In this document: positions 28,399 to 39,242 of the stretch, piece by piece
Numbering within the stretch: the first letter of the stretch is position 1
How the letters are laid out: the number at the start of each line of letters is the position of its first letter
Assembly (NCBI GenBank): GCA_030153785.1
Contig: JASKLF010000002.1
Span: 118,683-182,682 of the forward strand
Source of the DNA: a bacterium
GTDB taxonomy: Bacteria; Synergistota; GBS-1
Reading direction: 5' to 3'
DNA length: 64,000 nucleotides
Notes under the pieces: generated by a model
The model's database searches: none
Seen by the model: the letters and a program-made list of their open reading frames with translations, nothing else
What the model was told of the DNA's origin: nothing
Made by a program: the position numbers and the translations under genes

Positions 28399-29609
28399 CT
28401 TGGAAGATAAGATAACGGGTTTACCGTTCTTCCATCTATCCTGACCTCAAAGTGAAGATGACTACCCGTTGCCAACCCAGTGCTACCAACGCTCCCTATG
28501 ACCTGCCCTTGAGATACTTCCTGCCCTTCACTAACCACTACATCATTCAGATGAGCGTATACGGTAGCAATACCACCGCTATGAAGTATTATCACCACTC
28601 TTCCATAACCTCTAAGCCATCCAGCAAAGATTACCTCACCAGAAGCTGCAGCCTTTACAGCAGTTCCACGAGGAGCCTTTATATCTATACCGGCATGAAA
28701 CTCTCTTGTCTTAAACCGGGGGTGGACCCTGTATCCATAGCTTGAAACCACTTGTCCTTTCACAGGCCAGATCAACCTCGGTCTTCTTCTTCCCAACCTA
28801 AAACTGCTGCTTTCTTCACTTCTGCCTAAACTCGCTCTCCTCTTATCGGCTATAAGTTTTCTTATGGTTACTTCAAGTTGCCTCGAAAGCTCTTCAAATT
28901 CTTGATAAGCTTTTTGATAAAATGCCTTCTCTTTGCGAATTTTCTTGAGCAAAGCTTCTCTTTGTGACTTTTTACTATTTAAAGAGGCAAGTTCTCTTTT
29001 AAGTTTCTCCTTTAAAACTGTTAAATCCTTAAGTTTTCTTTCAAGCTCTGCCTTCTCTCTTGAAACTTCCTTCTCCCTTAATTCTATTTCTTTTATCAAA
29101 GAAGCCTCGTAATTAGCTATTCTTCTCAGATAAAAGCTATTCAATGCAAGGTCTTCCCAGCTAGAAGCTCTCAACAAAGCCTCAAGATAACTCGCCCTTC
29201 CATATCTATACATTGCGCAAAGCCTTTCTGAAAGAAGATGCCTTTTATACTCAAGCTCGGAAAGAAGCCTTCTTATTAAAGCCTTTTTCTTTTCTATTTC
29301 CGAATCCAATTTTTTTATCTTAAGACTTGTTATATTTACCTCGAGCGTTACCTTCTCTATTTCTTTATCAAGTTCGCTTATCTCGCTAAGAATGCTTTTT
29401 TCCTTCTTTTCCCTTGCTCTAATTTGCCTTTCTTGTTCCTCAAGCTGTTTTTTTATCCTCTCTAAAAGCTTTTGTTTTTTAGATATTTCTCTATCATAAT
29501 CTAAACCAAAAGTAACGGATGTAAGGAAAAAAGACAAGATCAAAAACAAAGGAAAAGCCTTACTCCACAGCAACCTTCCCCAAAAGCCTTTGAACAGCAA
29601 AAAGTCCAC
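28395..29609 (-). CDS. EnvC/CwlO-type coiled-coil plus M23 peptidase (FtsEX partner); start may be TTG at 29573
   Basis: Signal peptide, long coiled coil, M23 motifs HAGIDI, YAHL, TGSHLHFEVR; downstream of ftsEX. Confidence 0.92.
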   Translation of the reverse strand: MDFLLFKGFWGRLLWSKAFPLFLILSFFLTSVTFGLDYDREISKKQKLLERIKKQLEEQERQIRAREKKEKSILSEISELDKEIEKVTLEVNITSLKIKKLDSEIEKKKALIRRLLSELEYKRHLLSERLCAMYRYGRASYLEALLRASSWEDLALNSFYLRRIANYEASLIKEIELREKEVSREKAELERKLKDLTVLKEKLKRELASLNSKKSQREALLKKIRKEKAFYQKAYQEFEELSRQLEVTIRKLIADKRRASLGRSEESSSFRLGRRRPRLIWPVKGQVVSSYGYRVHPRFKTREFHAGIDIKAPRGTAVKAAASGEVIFAGWLRGYGRVVIILHSGGIATVYAHLNDVVVSEGQEVSQGQVIGSVGSTGLATGSHLHFEVRIDGRTVNPLSYLPR

Positions 29610-30450
29610 CCCCTAGACCTATTAAAAGACCACCTAAAGCGATAAAGCCACAAAGCTCGTATAGAAAACGCATATCGCCAATAAGCGGGATAAACGGAAA
29701 ATTAGCGAGTACAAACTTTAGCGCCTCTTTATACACAAAAAACAAGGCAGCTGCGGCAAAACCTCCTCCCAAACCGCCAAGGATCACACCTTCAAATAAG
29801 AATGGAAGTCTTATAAACCAATGGGTAGCTCCAACAAGCTTCATTATCTCTATTTCCTCTCTTCTAGCATAAACCACGAGACGAATCGTATTAAAGATAA
29901 CCAACAAAGCAGAAGCAAGGAGGATTAACGCGAGAACTCCTCCACCATACAGTAAGAGCCTCTGAATAGCTAATAGCTTACGAGCAGCCTCTTTTCCGTA
30001 GATCACTTCCTGAACTTCCTTCCAATTATTCACAACGCTTACAATGTTATCTATATCGGCAGCTTTCTTAACTTTTATTTCGAAAACATCAGGTAGAGGA
30101 TTAGTCTTAAGCAAATTCAGAAGATCTTCTCTGCCAATTTCTTTTGCAAGTCTCCTTAAGCCCTCCCCGCGAGAAACAAACTTTGCCTCTTTCACTCCAT
30201 CAAGAGAAAGAATCTTATCGTAAACTCTCTGAATCTCTTGTGGAGTAGGATCCCCTTTTAAGACAAGCCTTATTTCAAGGCTCTGTGATAGGCTTTCTAC
30301 CGAAAAACGAATGTTGATTCCTACAAGAAGAAACAATCCCACCAAGAACAAAACTATAAATATGGTAGTGACCGTAAGTAAGCTCATGAAACCATGACGC
30401 CATAGTCCCTTAAAAGCTTCCCTTAAGAAATACTTAAGCTTGTGCATCAT
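29560..30450 (-). CDS. ftsX: Cell division permease FtsX
   Basis: NPLPDVF, IFNTIRLVVYARREEIEIMKLVGAT, IRLPFLFEG. Confidence 0.96.
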   Translation of the reverse strand: MMHKLKYFLREAFKGLWRHGFMSLLTVTTIFIVLFLVGLFLLVGINIRFSVESLSQSLEIRLVLKGDPTPQEIQRVYDKILSLDGVKEAKFVSRGEGLRRLAKEIGREDLLNLLKTNPLPDVFEIKVKKAADIDNIVSVVNNWKEVQEVIYGKEAARKLLAIQRLLLYGGGVLALILLASALLVIFNTIRLVVYARREEIEIMKLVGATHWFIRLPFLFEGVILGGLGGGFAAAALFFVYKEALKFVLANFPFIPLIGDMRFLYELCGFIALGGLLIGLGGGLFAVQRLLGKVAVE

Positions 30451-31120
30451 AAGTCCCCTCTTTGTCGTCCCTCACCAAAACACCATCTTTAAGGGCAATG
30501 ACCCTTTTTCTCAGAGAGTTAACTATCTCCCTATTATGAGTAGCCACCAGTACTGTCGTCCCGTGAAGATTTGCCTCAACCAGAAGATCTAAAATGTTCT
30601 TAGCCGCTTCAAAGTCAAGATTTCCAGTGGGTTCATCAGCTAAAAGTATGGGAGGATCATTTACAAGTGCTCTTGCTATGGCGACTCTCTGCCGTTCCCC
30701 CCCAGAAAGCTGATATGGAAGAAGATCTTTTCTGTGAGACAAACCAACCCTCTCAAGAATTTCGTTAACTCTCGCATTTATTTCTGCCGGGTTATAACCA
30801 ATGACCTCCAAAGCAAAAGCAATGTTTTCATAAACTGTCTTATATGGAAGTAGCTTAAAATCCTGAAAAACAAAGCCTATTTGCCTTCTGAGAAACGGAA
30901 TCTTCCTTTCCTTCATCTTAGCGAGGTTCTCTCCCATAACATAAACACTACCGCGAGTTGGCTTTATTTCTCTGTATATCAGCCTTAAAAAGGTAGTTTT
31001 GCCGGAACCGGTAGGTCCTATTAGAAATACGAATTCCCCCTTTTCAATATTCACCGTAATATCTCTTAAAGCTATTATATTGTGAGGATAAATTTTTGTG
31101 ACCATATTGAAACTTATCAA
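30434..31120 (-). CDS. ftsE: Cell division ATP-binding protein FtsE
   Basis: GPTGSGKTT, LRRQIGFVFQDFKLL, LSGGERQRVAIARA, LADEPTGNLD. Confidence 0.97.
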   Translation of the reverse strand: MISFNMVTKIYPHNIIALRDITVNIEKGEFVFLIGPTGSGKTTFLRLIYREIKPTRGSVYVMGENLAKMKERKIPFLRRQIGFVFQDFKLLPYKTVYENIAFALEVIGYNPAEINARVNEILERVGLSHRKDLLPYQLSGGERQRVAIARALVNDPPILLADEPTGNLDFEAAKNILDLLVEANLHGTTVLVATHNREIVNSLRKRVIALKDGVLVRDDKEGTYDAQA

Positions 31121-32045
31121 GGAAGCTTTTCACCTCTCTTGCTATGCTATCTGCATCAAGTCCTACATGCCTCAAAAGGTCTGATGCCGAGCCCGAACAA
31201 CAAAACTTATCCCTTACGCCAAGCCTCTTCAAAGGAGAAGGAAGCTTTTCTGATATCAGCTCCGCTACAGCCCCTCCAAGCCCCCCTATTATGCTATGAT
31301 CTTCGGCGGTCACAATTTTTCTGGTTTTCGACAGGCTATCAAGAATAAGCTCTTCCGGCAAAGGCTTTATAGAATAAGCATCTATAACTTCAACAGAAAT
31401 ACCCTCTTTACTAAGAATTTCGGCAGCAGAAAGAGCTTCGTAAACGATAGGCCCCTCAGCTACTATAGTGACATCCCTTCCCTCTTTCAGTAACTTTCCC
31501 CCACCAACCTCAAAGCTCTCCTTCTCAGAATATATATCTGGAAGGGAAACCCTAGTTAGTCTTACATAAAAGGGACCCCTCTCCTCTGCCACTTTCAAAA
31601 TGATAGAGTAAGTGGATTGATAGTCTGAAGGTGCTAAAACTCTCATATTAGGCATAGCTCTCATTAGGGCTATATCCTCTATTGCCTGGTGGGTTGCTCC
31701 ATCCTCTCCGACAGTTATACCACCATGTGTAGCAACAATTTTAACATCGGCCTGAGAATAACCTATAGCAACTCTCGCTTGGTCATACGCCCGTGAAGTA
31801 GCAAAAACGGCGAAGGTACTTGCAAAAACCGTTTTGCCAGAAAGAGCCATTCCAGCCGCGGTAGCCATCATGTTTGCTTCTGCTATACCCATGTTAAAGA
31901 AGCGATTTGGGAAACGTGCTCCGAACTTAGCCGTTTGAGTGGAAGTTGATAAATCAGCATCGAAAACTACTATATCATTCCTTTCCTGGCCAAGCTTAAT
32001 TAAAGCTTCAGCATAAGCTTCTCTTGGAGACCTTTTTATCACCAT
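31044..32045 (-). CDS. Transketolase, C-terminal (pyrimidine-binding) subunit
   Basis: DADLSTST, NMGIAEANM, GEDGATHQAIED, EDHSIIGGLG. Confidence 0.95.
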   Translation of the reverse strand: MVIKRSPREAYAEALIKLGQERNDIVVFDADLSTSTQTAKFGARFPNRFFNMGIAEANMMATAAGMALSGKTVFASTFAVFATSRAYDQARVAIGYSQADVKIVATHGGITVGEDGATHQAIEDIALMRAMPNMRVLAPSDYQSTYSIILKVAEERGPFYVRLTRVSLPDIYSEKESFEVGGGKLLKEGRDVTIVAEGPIVYEALSAAEILSKEGISVEVIDAYSIKPLPEELILDSLSKTRKIVTAEDHSIIGGLGGAVAELISEKLPSPLKRLGVRDKFCCSGSASDLLRHVGLDADSIAREVKSFLDKFQYGHKNLSSQYNSFKRYYGEY

Positions 32046-32047
32046 AC

Positions 32048-32884
32048 CTAAATAACCTCCCCGAGCTCCATCAGAGCCTTTTTTACTTCCTCAGATGTTG
32101 GAGCCTTCCCATGAAAATTATTATTGTTCTCCATGAAAGAAACACCTTTACCCTTTACAGTATGAGCTATTATCACAGTCGGAGACTCTCTAACGCTTTC
32201 TACCCTGTTAAGGGCTTCCAAAATCTGGTAAAAGTCATGACCATCTACTTCAAAAACTTCCCATCCGAAAGCCCTCCATTTAGAAACCAAGGGGTAAGGA
32301 GAAACTATCTCATGGATAAATCCATCGAGTTGCATGCCATTATAATCAATTATGGCTGTAAAGTTGTCAAGGCGATAAAAGCTTGCAGACATTGCAACTT
32401 CCCATACCATTCCTTCCTGAATCTCGCCATCACCCAAGAGGACAAAAACCCTGTAATCCTTTCTGTCCAGCTTACCAGCAAGAGCCATCCCCTGAGCTAT
32501 AGCAAAGCCTATTCCTAACGAACCTGTTGAAGCTTCAACGCCGGGAGTTTCAAGCCTTGAAGGATGGCCTTGAAGGCGAGATCCTAACTTTCTAAGAGTC
32601 CATAACTCTTCTCTCGGAAAATAACCGCTTAAAGACAATACTGAATATAGTGCAGGCGCAGCATGCCCCTTCGAGAGAACAAACCTGTCCCTCTCCGGCC
32701 AAAAGGGATCTTTAGGATTATGTCTCATCCTCGCAAAATACAGAGAAACAAGAATTTCAACGCTCGAGAGAGACCCCCCTGGATGACCCGAACCTGCAAG
32801 CCCTGTCATCTTAACAATATCCCTTCTAACTTGATTTGCTATACTTTCAAGGTTCTTAACCAATTCATCAGAGATTACCACCAT
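32048..32884 (-). CDS. Transketolase, N-terminal (TPP-binding) subunit
   Basis: SGHPGGSLS, DRFVLSKGHAAPALY, LQGHP, GDGEIQEG, TVKGKG. Confidence 0.95.
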   Translation of the reverse strand: MVVISDELVKNLESIANQVRRDIVKMTGLAGSGHPGGSLSSVEILVSLYFARMRHNPKDPFWPERDRFVLSKGHAAPALYSVLSLSGYFPREELWTLRKLGSRLQGHPSRLETPGVEASTGSLGIGFAIAQGMALAGKLDRKDYRVFVLLGDGEIQEGMVWEVAMSASFYRLDNFTAIIDYNGMQLDGFIHEIVSPYPLVSKWRAFGWEVFEVDGHDFYQILEALNRVESVRESPTVIIAHTVKGKGVSFMENNNNFHGKAPTSEEVKKALMELGEVI

Positions 32885-33903
32885 TTCGCGTCATTCCCTC
32901 CCATAAGAATATCCATACATTCTTTGAAAACGTTTTTCACTTCATTTCTGAGAATTTGCACTTTTTCTTTCAATCTTTCTCTCTCTCTATCCCATTTTAC
33001 CATGAGCGTTCCTACATATCTATCTAAAAGAGCCAACTCTCTTTCATCGCTTATATAAGGCATTTTCAACAACTCGCATAAATTTTTAACCTTAGGATCA
33101 TAGGAAATTCCAACAAACGGAGTAGAAGCTAAAGCAGAAACAACAAGAGAATGTAACCTCATGCCAAAAAGAATCTCAAAAGAAGAAATTAGTTTTAAAG
33201 CTTCCCTCCAATCAACGAGCTCGTAAAACGGCACACCAAATTTTTTAGATAGCCTTTTTCCCTCTTCCCTCTCAAGGTCAGGCTGAAAAGAAATGATAGA
33301 AAGAGAAGTATTAAGTTTAAGAATGGCCTGAATTATTTTTTCTAAATCCCAATACCATTTCCTAAAGACAAAGCACACACCCTCTCTTCTAATAGGTTCG
33401 TTCACTGCAAAGTCCAAAGCGAAAGCAGGGTCCGGTGTAAAGAAAAGCTTATTGTTAGGGACAATATAACTCATGTTTTTATCCCTCAGTGCAACAAGAG
33501 AAGCTTTTGAAACAACTAATTTCAGCAAAGCAAGATTTGCCTTTCTGGCTATTGGCCCCAAGCTTTGTCCATACAAAAACACTTTAGCCTTTCTCGCATG
33601 CGCCAAAAAGATATGAGAAGAATAAAAAAGGGGGCTCCACGGCCCTGTCGTATCTTGAAATAGGCCACCGGGACCACTTATCAATATGTCACCCTTCCTT
33701 ATTTTTAAAAGTAACCCTATCAAGTTCAATCTATTCATAGAGGGCAATTTGTGCTCCCTGAACGTATGCTCTTTAGAGGCTGACAACACACAAACATTCT
33801 CCCCTCTAAAGCCAGATTCTAGCAATAGGCTTTTAAGGGCATCTAGAAGCATCTCGTCTCCCAAATTTCCAAAGCCATAATATCCGGAAATAAAAACCCT
33901 CAT
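32875..33903 (-). CDS. csaB: Polysaccharide pyruvyl transferase CsaB
   Basis: ISGYYGFGNLGDE, GGLFQDTT, GQSLGP, GMRLHSL, ISYDPKV. Confidence 0.9.
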   Translation of the reverse strand: MRVFISGYYGFGNLGDEMLLDALKSLLLESGFRGENVCVLSASKEHTFREHKLPSMNRLNLIGLLLKIRKGDILISGPGGLFQDTTGPWSPLFYSSHIFLAHARKAKVFLYGQSLGPIARKANLALLKLVVSKASLVALRDKNMSYIVPNNKLFFTPDPAFALDFAVNEPIRREGVCFVFRKWYWDLEKIIQAILKLNTSLSIISFQPDLEREEGKRLSKKFGVPFYELVDWREALKLISSFEILFGMRLHSLVVSALASTPFVGISYDPKVKNLCELLKMPYISDERELALLDRYVGTLMVKWDRERERLKEKVQILRNEVKNVFKECMDILMGGNDAKWW

Positions 33904-35783
33904 CTTTTAAAAAGATAAATAAGCAAAATTAAAAAGACCCCGACTAACCAACCCAAAACCATTCCGTTAAAAGTCCTTAAAAGAGAGAATAGAAAAGGAG
34001 TATGGATGTGGCAAAAGCTATTTACAATGGAAACGGAAGCCACTGTGGCCATCATTAGAATTAAAGGCCTATAGTTGGCCAAGAAACTCTTGCCAACCGT
34101 GTAAACAAAAAGAGCCATTGAAGGATAACCTATCAAGAACTCCTTAAAACGCGGTCTTGCGTAAAGCAAAGTATCCAGAATATCCCTTGCTTCTCTTTCC
34201 ACAGATATCGGTTTTACAAGAGGAAGATTACCACTTCTAAGAAGATATATCCCTACAACGCCCGAAAGAATTAGGAAAACCAAAAACTCCTCTTTCATGA
34301 AAGGTTCTTTAAGAAAAGCCCTTATGCTTCCCCTTTCTCTGTAAATGGCTAACAATCCCACAGCTATAAGAGGAAAAATGTAAGCTGCCTTTACACCCTT
34401 AAACTGAAGAATTTTTGACATGAAAAGAGGTTCCCCCAATATAGACCCTATATAAATTCCCGCTGAAAGAGAAACTGCTATAGGATAAAGGCTTAAGACT
34501 AAAAATCCCTTCGCATAAGAGAAGTAGCTATCCTCAAAAGAATACTTTCTACATCTTTCCATGAAAGCGAAGGCTCCCCAAACCGGAAAGAATAAGGCAA
34601 TCAAGAAAGCCAAGGCAATGTTACCCAAATAGACACCTTTAAAAACATAGAATAAAAGATAGGAGACGAAAGCCAAAGGCAAAGAGAAAGAGAAAATCCT
34701 TCCAAAGCTCGTTAAAAAGAGCGTAATCCCGGATAAAGCGCCTGATGCGATGAAAGAATCAAAAAGATAGCTCTTTTTATAGTTAATAATCGGAGCTGGT
34801 TCCCCCAATTTAAAGCCTGCCTTCTGAACAGAATCGATAAGATCGGAAATGTATTTCGCATTTTCCTCTAACAAGCTACCACTGAGATTAAAAAAGAATC
34901 TTACATATAAAATTCTCATGTTTCTTTCCTTAACAGCTCTCAAATATCTGGAAATCGCTCTATCCACACTATAGGAAAGCATCTCCTTTGCATCTATGCT
35001 GTGAACAAGAAGTATGTTAGGGAAATTGTAAAACGCAAGAGCTTCTTTCCCAACTTGCTTCCCAAATTCGATAAGTCCCATTTTATAGTTTCTTTTTCTC
35101 ATCTCAGAAGAGACCTCTTTAATCAATGATGGATAGCCTAAAACTTGCTCCCCATCAAATATAATAATTCTTTCTGCATCCAATTTATCCATCTCATCGA
35201 AAATATAGCTAATATAATCAGGGTTATTCTCCCTGAAGTTTCTTATCCTTAAATAAACTCTAAAACCCATATTCTTTAAGAGCTCTTCTTCGTCCTTTAA
35301 AAAGCAAATGGGAATATTAAGTGTGCTATCATAATCCTTTTTAACTTCCACAATAGCCTTATCGCTTAAACTGATAAGTTTAACCCTGTTTTTACCTATT
35401 GCAAGACCAATAGACTTTAAAATACAGTCCAGCAAAGATCTATCTTTGACAACTACATAAGTGAAGAACGGCTTTAAGTCCCCTGCAAGCCAATCGTGTT
35501 TTTCAGCCTCATAACCCGGCAGGGTAAAAACTCTACCTTCTCTCTGAAGTTCCCCAAGCGTGAGAGCATATATAGCTACAGCATTGGCACCACTCTCCTT
35601 AAGTTTCTTCAAAGTCGCACTGGTAGGAACTCCCTCCATCGCAGAGAGAAGCTTAATTTCCTCCATATCCAAGCAAATAGAGAAAACCTTGTTCTTGGAT
35701 TCCACATTCACCCTATAGTTAAAAAGAAAGTATAAAGAAAAAGCCAGTCCTAAAACAAAAAGCGAAAGTAAAACCCTACGCAT
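33900..35783 (-). CDS. DUF5693-like membrane protein (periplasmic domain plus multi-TM C-terminus)
   Basis: RAVKERNMRILYVR, FKGVK, RSGN, RPRFKEFLIGYP, NSFCHIHTP; adjacent to csaB. Confidence 0.75.
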   Translation of the reverse strand: MRRVLLSLFVLGLAFSLYFLFNYRVNVESKNKVFSICLDMEEIKLLSAMEGVPTSATLKKLKESGANAVAIYALTLGELQREGRVFTLPGYEAEKHDWLAGDLKPFFTYVVVKDRSLLDCILKSIGLAIGKNRVKLISLSDKAIVEVKKDYDSTLNIPICFLKDEEELLKNMGFRVYLRIRNFRENNPDYISYIFDEMDKLDAERIIIFDGEQVLGYPSLIKEVSSEMRKRNYKMGLIEFGKQVGKEALAFYNFPNILLVHSIDAKEMLSYSVDRAISRYLRAVKERNMRILYVRFFFNLSGSLLEENAKYISDLIDSVQKAGFKLGEPAPIINYKKSYLFDSFIASGALSGITLFLTSFGRIFSFSLPLAFVSYLLFYVFKGVYLGNIALAFLIALFFPVWGAFAFMERCRKYSFEDSYFSYAKGFLVLSLYPIAVSLSAGIYIGSILGEPLFMSKILQFKGVKAAYIFPLIAVGLLAIYRERGSIRAFLKEPFMKEEFLVFLILSGVVGIYLLRSGNLPLVKPISVEREARDILDTLLYARPRFKEFLIGYPSMALFVYTVGKSFLANYRPLILMMATVASVSIVNSFCHIHTPFLFSLLRTFNGMVLGWLVGVFLILLIYLFKR

Positions 35784-36399
35784 TTTCAACCTTATCACCC
35801 CAAAGAAGAGGATCAAAATCAAATTTTATTAAAAGCTTTCTTAACAAAGATAACGGCAATCCCACGACATTAAAATAGCAACCTTCTATTTTTTCAACAA
35901 AGAGAGAGGCCTTGCCTTGTATAGCATAGGCTCCAGCCTTGTCAGTCCACTCACCCGAGTTTATGTAAGCCTCTATCTCTTCCCGTTTAAGATAAAGAAA
36001 GCTAACCTTAGTAACCTCATAACCGCTTTCTATTCTCATACTTGGGGTTTCCAGAACTACAACCCCAGAGAAAACGCGATGGGTCTTCCCTTGCAAAATC
36101 TCTATCATTCTAAAAGCCTCTTCCTTAGAAGAAGGTTTTCCCAAAATGGAACCCATTATTTCAACCAGTGTATCTACCCCTATAATTAAAGCTCGCTCCC
36201 CTTCCTTCAAGAATTTTTCAGCCACATTTTGAGCCTTTTTCAAGGCAAGCTCAATTACTATATCCTCAGGACTGGTAGAAACATAATCCTCTTCGTTAAT
36301 ACCTATTGGAGGAAAAACGTCAAAGTCAATCCCTGTCATTTGAAGGAGCTCACGCCTTCTCGGAGAAGAGGAAGCCAAAATTATTCTAACTTTACTAAT
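35776..36399 (-). CDS. maf: Maf family nucleoside triphosphate pyrophosphatase (start uncertain: ATT at 36399 or TTG at 36426)
   Basis: IILASSSPRRRELL, GVDTLV, ILGKP, DKAGAYAIQG, GCYFNVVGLP. Confidence 0.93.
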   Translation of the reverse strand: MSKVRIILASSSPRRRELLQMTGIDFDVFPPIGINEEDYVSTSPEDIVIELALKKAQNVAEKFLKEGERALIIGVDTLVEIMGSILGKPSSKEEAFRMIEILQGKTHRVFSGVVVLETPSMRIESGYEVTKVSFLYLKREEIEAYINSGEWTDKAGAYAIQGKASLFVEKIEGCYFNVVGLPLSLLRKLLIKFDFDPLLWGDKVENA

Positions 36400-37157
36400 A
36401 GTAGGAACACCCCCATTAAAAAGCAATAAACAGAAAACAAGAAAAGCTTCCTCTGAACAATCCCCTTAAGGAGAATTTTAATCGCAAGCAAACTGAACAA
36501 GAAGGAAGAAACAAAACCCACAAAAAGGGGAAAATAACCGATCCCGCTTCTTAATAAACTTAAATCCTTAAGTTCGAGCAAAAACGCACCACCTATAGTG
36601 GGAATCGCAACAAGAAAAGAGAATCTCACAGCACTATCCAAGTCAAGGCCAAGAAAGGTACCGCCAAAAATGGTTACACCAGAACGAGAGAGCCCAGGAA
36701 AAACCCCAACACCCTGCGCTAATCCAATGAAAAAACCATCTCTAAAACCAATTTCCCACAAGTTTTTAAATCCTTTAAAATACTTCAATGAAAATAAAAA
36801 CAAGGATGTTAAAAGATAGAAGAAGGCCATTTCCTGAAGAGATATTTTTTCCACCCATCTTTCGAACGTAACACCCATAATTCCTGTTGGAATCAAAGCA
36901 CCAATGATAGCCCAACCAAGATTCCTAAAGCTCCCGTCTTTTGAAAAGAACCCCTTAGCTATTAAAAAAAGCTCCTTCCTAAAAAGGAGAAGGAGGGAAA
37001 GCAAGCTCCCTAAGTGAAAAAGCACATTCAAGAGAAGGATATTACCCTCTATGCCAAAAAACCTTTCCAAAACGACAAGATGACCCGAACTACTTATAGG
37101 AAGGAACTCCGTAAGCCCTTGGACTGCGCCTAATAAAAAGGCTTCAGCGATTTTCAT
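36381..37157 (-). CDS. uppP: Undecaprenyl-diphosphate phosphatase
   Basis: QGLTEFLPISSSGH, PGLSRSG, FSFL. Confidence 0.96.
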   Translation of the reverse strand: MKIAEAFLLGAVQGLTEFLPISSSGHLVVLERFFGIEGNILLLNVLFHLGSLLSLLLLFRKELFLIAKGFFSKDGSFRNLGWAIIGALIPTGIMGVTFERWVEKISLQEMAFFYLLTSLFLFSLKYFKGFKNLWEIGFRDGFFIGLAQGVGVFPGLSRSGVTIFGGTFLGLDLDSAVRFSFLVAIPTIGGAFLLELKDLSLLRSGIGYFPLFVGFVSSFLFSLLAIKILLKGIVQRKLFLFSVYCFLMGVFLLLVKLE

Positions 37158-38796
37158 CTTCGACCCTCATCAATATGGGGATGATTACAGGAAACCTTCC
37201 CGTGTTTTCCAAAAACAACCTTCTCAAACATTCTACAATCTTAGCCTCAACTACACTATCACTCAACCCGGAAAAGTCAGATAAAACTTTCCTAACTCTA
37301 TTTTTAGCCTCATCCATCAAGCCATTCCATTCTTTTTCGTATATGAACCCTTGAGATTCTATTTTAGGCTCACAGAGAAGCTTTCTACCGTTCAGCACAG
37401 CTGAAACAATGACCACACCATCTCGAGATAGCCTTCTTCTCTCCCTTAGAACCTCGTTACCTACATCCCCAACACCCAAACCATCTACTAAAATCGACCC
37501 CGTTTGCACCTTTCCCTTAAGCTTCGCTCCACTATGAGATAGCTCCAAAACATCCCCATTGGTTAGAACAAATATATTCTCCTTTGGCAAGCCCATCTCT
37601 TCAGCAATTTGAGCATGTCTGACCAAATGTCTATACTCACCGTGGATGGGAACAAAGTATTTCGGGCGAGTAAAGTTAAGCATCAGTTTCAGTTCCTCCC
37701 TACTCGCATGTCCAGATACATGTATCTGCCTATAGGGTTCGTATAACACTTCGGCTCCTCTCTGGAAAAGCAAATTAACAACCTTAGCTACAAGTCTTTC
37801 ATTACCAGGGATAGGCATGGCCGAAATTACTATTACATCATCGGGAGTAACCTTTACATACCTATGTTCCCCAGAAGCCATCAGGCTCAACCCTGATAAA
37901 GGCTCTCCCTGACTACCAGTAGTTATCACGACAACCTCGTGCGGAAAGCACATCTCAACTTCCTCAGGAGCTATCAAAGCGTCGTCAGGAAAGCTGATAT
38001 ACCCTAAATGCTTAGCAAGTTCCACAAGCTTTAGCATGCTTTTACCTATTATAGCTATCTTTCTACCATGCCTTAGTGCTGCATTTATAACTTGCTGAAT
38101 TCTATGAATATTTGATGAGAAGGTTGCAACTATTATCCTTTTCTTGCTCTCATGCATAAAAAGATCGTTTAAAGCAAAACCTACTTCCCTTTCTGAAGGA
38201 GTATATCCCTCATGCTCCGCATTAGTGCTGTCCGAAAGAAGCAAGAGCACTCCCTCATCCCCAAGCTCCGCAAATCTCCTATAGTCGGTAACCCTACCAT
38301 CAACTGGCGTCTGGTCAAACTTGAAATCCCCAGTATGAACAATAAGGCCAACAGGCGTTCTTATAGCCAAGCCAACCCCATCAGCTATGCTATGGCAAAC
38401 CCTCAAAAACTCTATTTTAAAAGGACCCAGTTCAATCACATCTTTTTCCCGTACAACCCTTTTCCTAAACTCAAAGCCATCGCTAAACTTACTTTCAACA
38501 ACCGCCAAAGTTAAGGGAGTTCCAAAAACAGGAACGTCGAGCTCCTTTAAAATGTAAGGAAGTCCCCCCACATGGTCCTCATGACCGTGGGTAAGCACTA
38601 TTCCCAAAACCTTATCTTTATTTTCTATGAGATAACTTATATCAGGTATAACAAGATCTACACCTGGCATATCTTCATCAGGAAATGCTAATCCTGCATC
38701 TATTACAAGTATGCTTTCCCCATATTGAAGTAGCAACATATTTTTGCCTATTTCCCCAAGTCCACCCAAAGGTATAACTAAAAGCCTCTGGCTCAT
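37144..38796 (-). CDS. rnj: Ribonuclease J
   Basis: [47 protein letters not shown]. Confidence 0.98.
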   Translation of the reverse strand: MSQRLLVIPLGGLGEIGKNMLLLQYGESILVIDAGLAFPDEDMPGVDLVIPDISYLIENKDKVLGIVLTHGHEDHVGGLPYILKELDVPVFGTPLTLAVVESKFSDGFEFRKRVVREKDVIELGPFKIEFLRVCHSIADGVGLAIRTPVGLIVHTGDFKFDQTPVDGRVTDYRRFAELGDEGVLLLLSDSTNAEHEGYTPSEREVGFALNDLFMHESKKRIIVATFSSNIHRIQQVINAALRHGRKIAIIGKSMLKLVELAKHLGYISFPDDALIAPEEVEMCFPHEVVVITTGSQGEPLSGLSLMASGEHRYVKVTPDDVIVISAMPIPGNERLVAKVVNLLFQRGAEVLYEPYRQIHVSGHASREELKLMLNFTRPKYFVPIHGEYRHLVRHAQIAEEMGLPKENIFVLTNGDVLELSHSGAKLKGKVQTGSILVDGLGVGDVGNEVLRERRRLSRDGVVIVSAVLNGRKLLCEPKIESQGFIYEKEWNGLMDEAKNRVRKVLSDFSGLSDSVVEAKIVECLRRLFLENTGRFPVIIPILMRVEDENR

Positions 38797-39239
38797 TTTA
38801 TCCCGGTATGTCCAAAGCCTCCTTCTCCCCTCTCAGTTTCATCAAGAACTTCTACATCCATTACTTCCACATGCTCTACCTTCGCTATAACCATTTGAGC
38901 GATCCTATCTCCCTTCCTCACCAGAAAAGGTTCTTTACCATGGTTTATAAGAATAACCTTGACTTCCCCCCTATAATCTGAATCCACGGTGCCGGGTGAG
39001 TTAAGCACTGTAACTCCATGTTTTAAGGCAAGACCGCTTCTTGGCCTGATCTGAGCTTCATACCCCGAAGGTAGAGAAATTCTTATACCCGTGGCAACGG
39101 CTTTCCACTCTCCAGGAGGAATTAAAACATCTTCAGAAGCCCTGAGGTCCAAACCTGAAGAGCCAGGAGTAGCATACAAAGGGAGAGGGATGTCTTCCCT
39201 CTCCCTCTTCACCTTTAAAATAACTTTCTTTTCCTTCAA
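38793..39239 (-). CDS. dut: dUTP diphosphatase
   Basis: [39 protein letters not shown]. Confidence 0.98.
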   Translation of the reverse strand: MKEKKVILKVKREREDIPLPLYATPGSSGLDLRASEDVLIPPGEWKAVATGIRISLPSGYEAQIRPRSGLALKHGVTVLNSPGTVDSDYRGEVKVILINHGKEPFLVRKGDRIAQMVIAKVEHVEVMDVEVLDETERGEGGFGHTGIK

Positions 39240-39242
39240 AGT

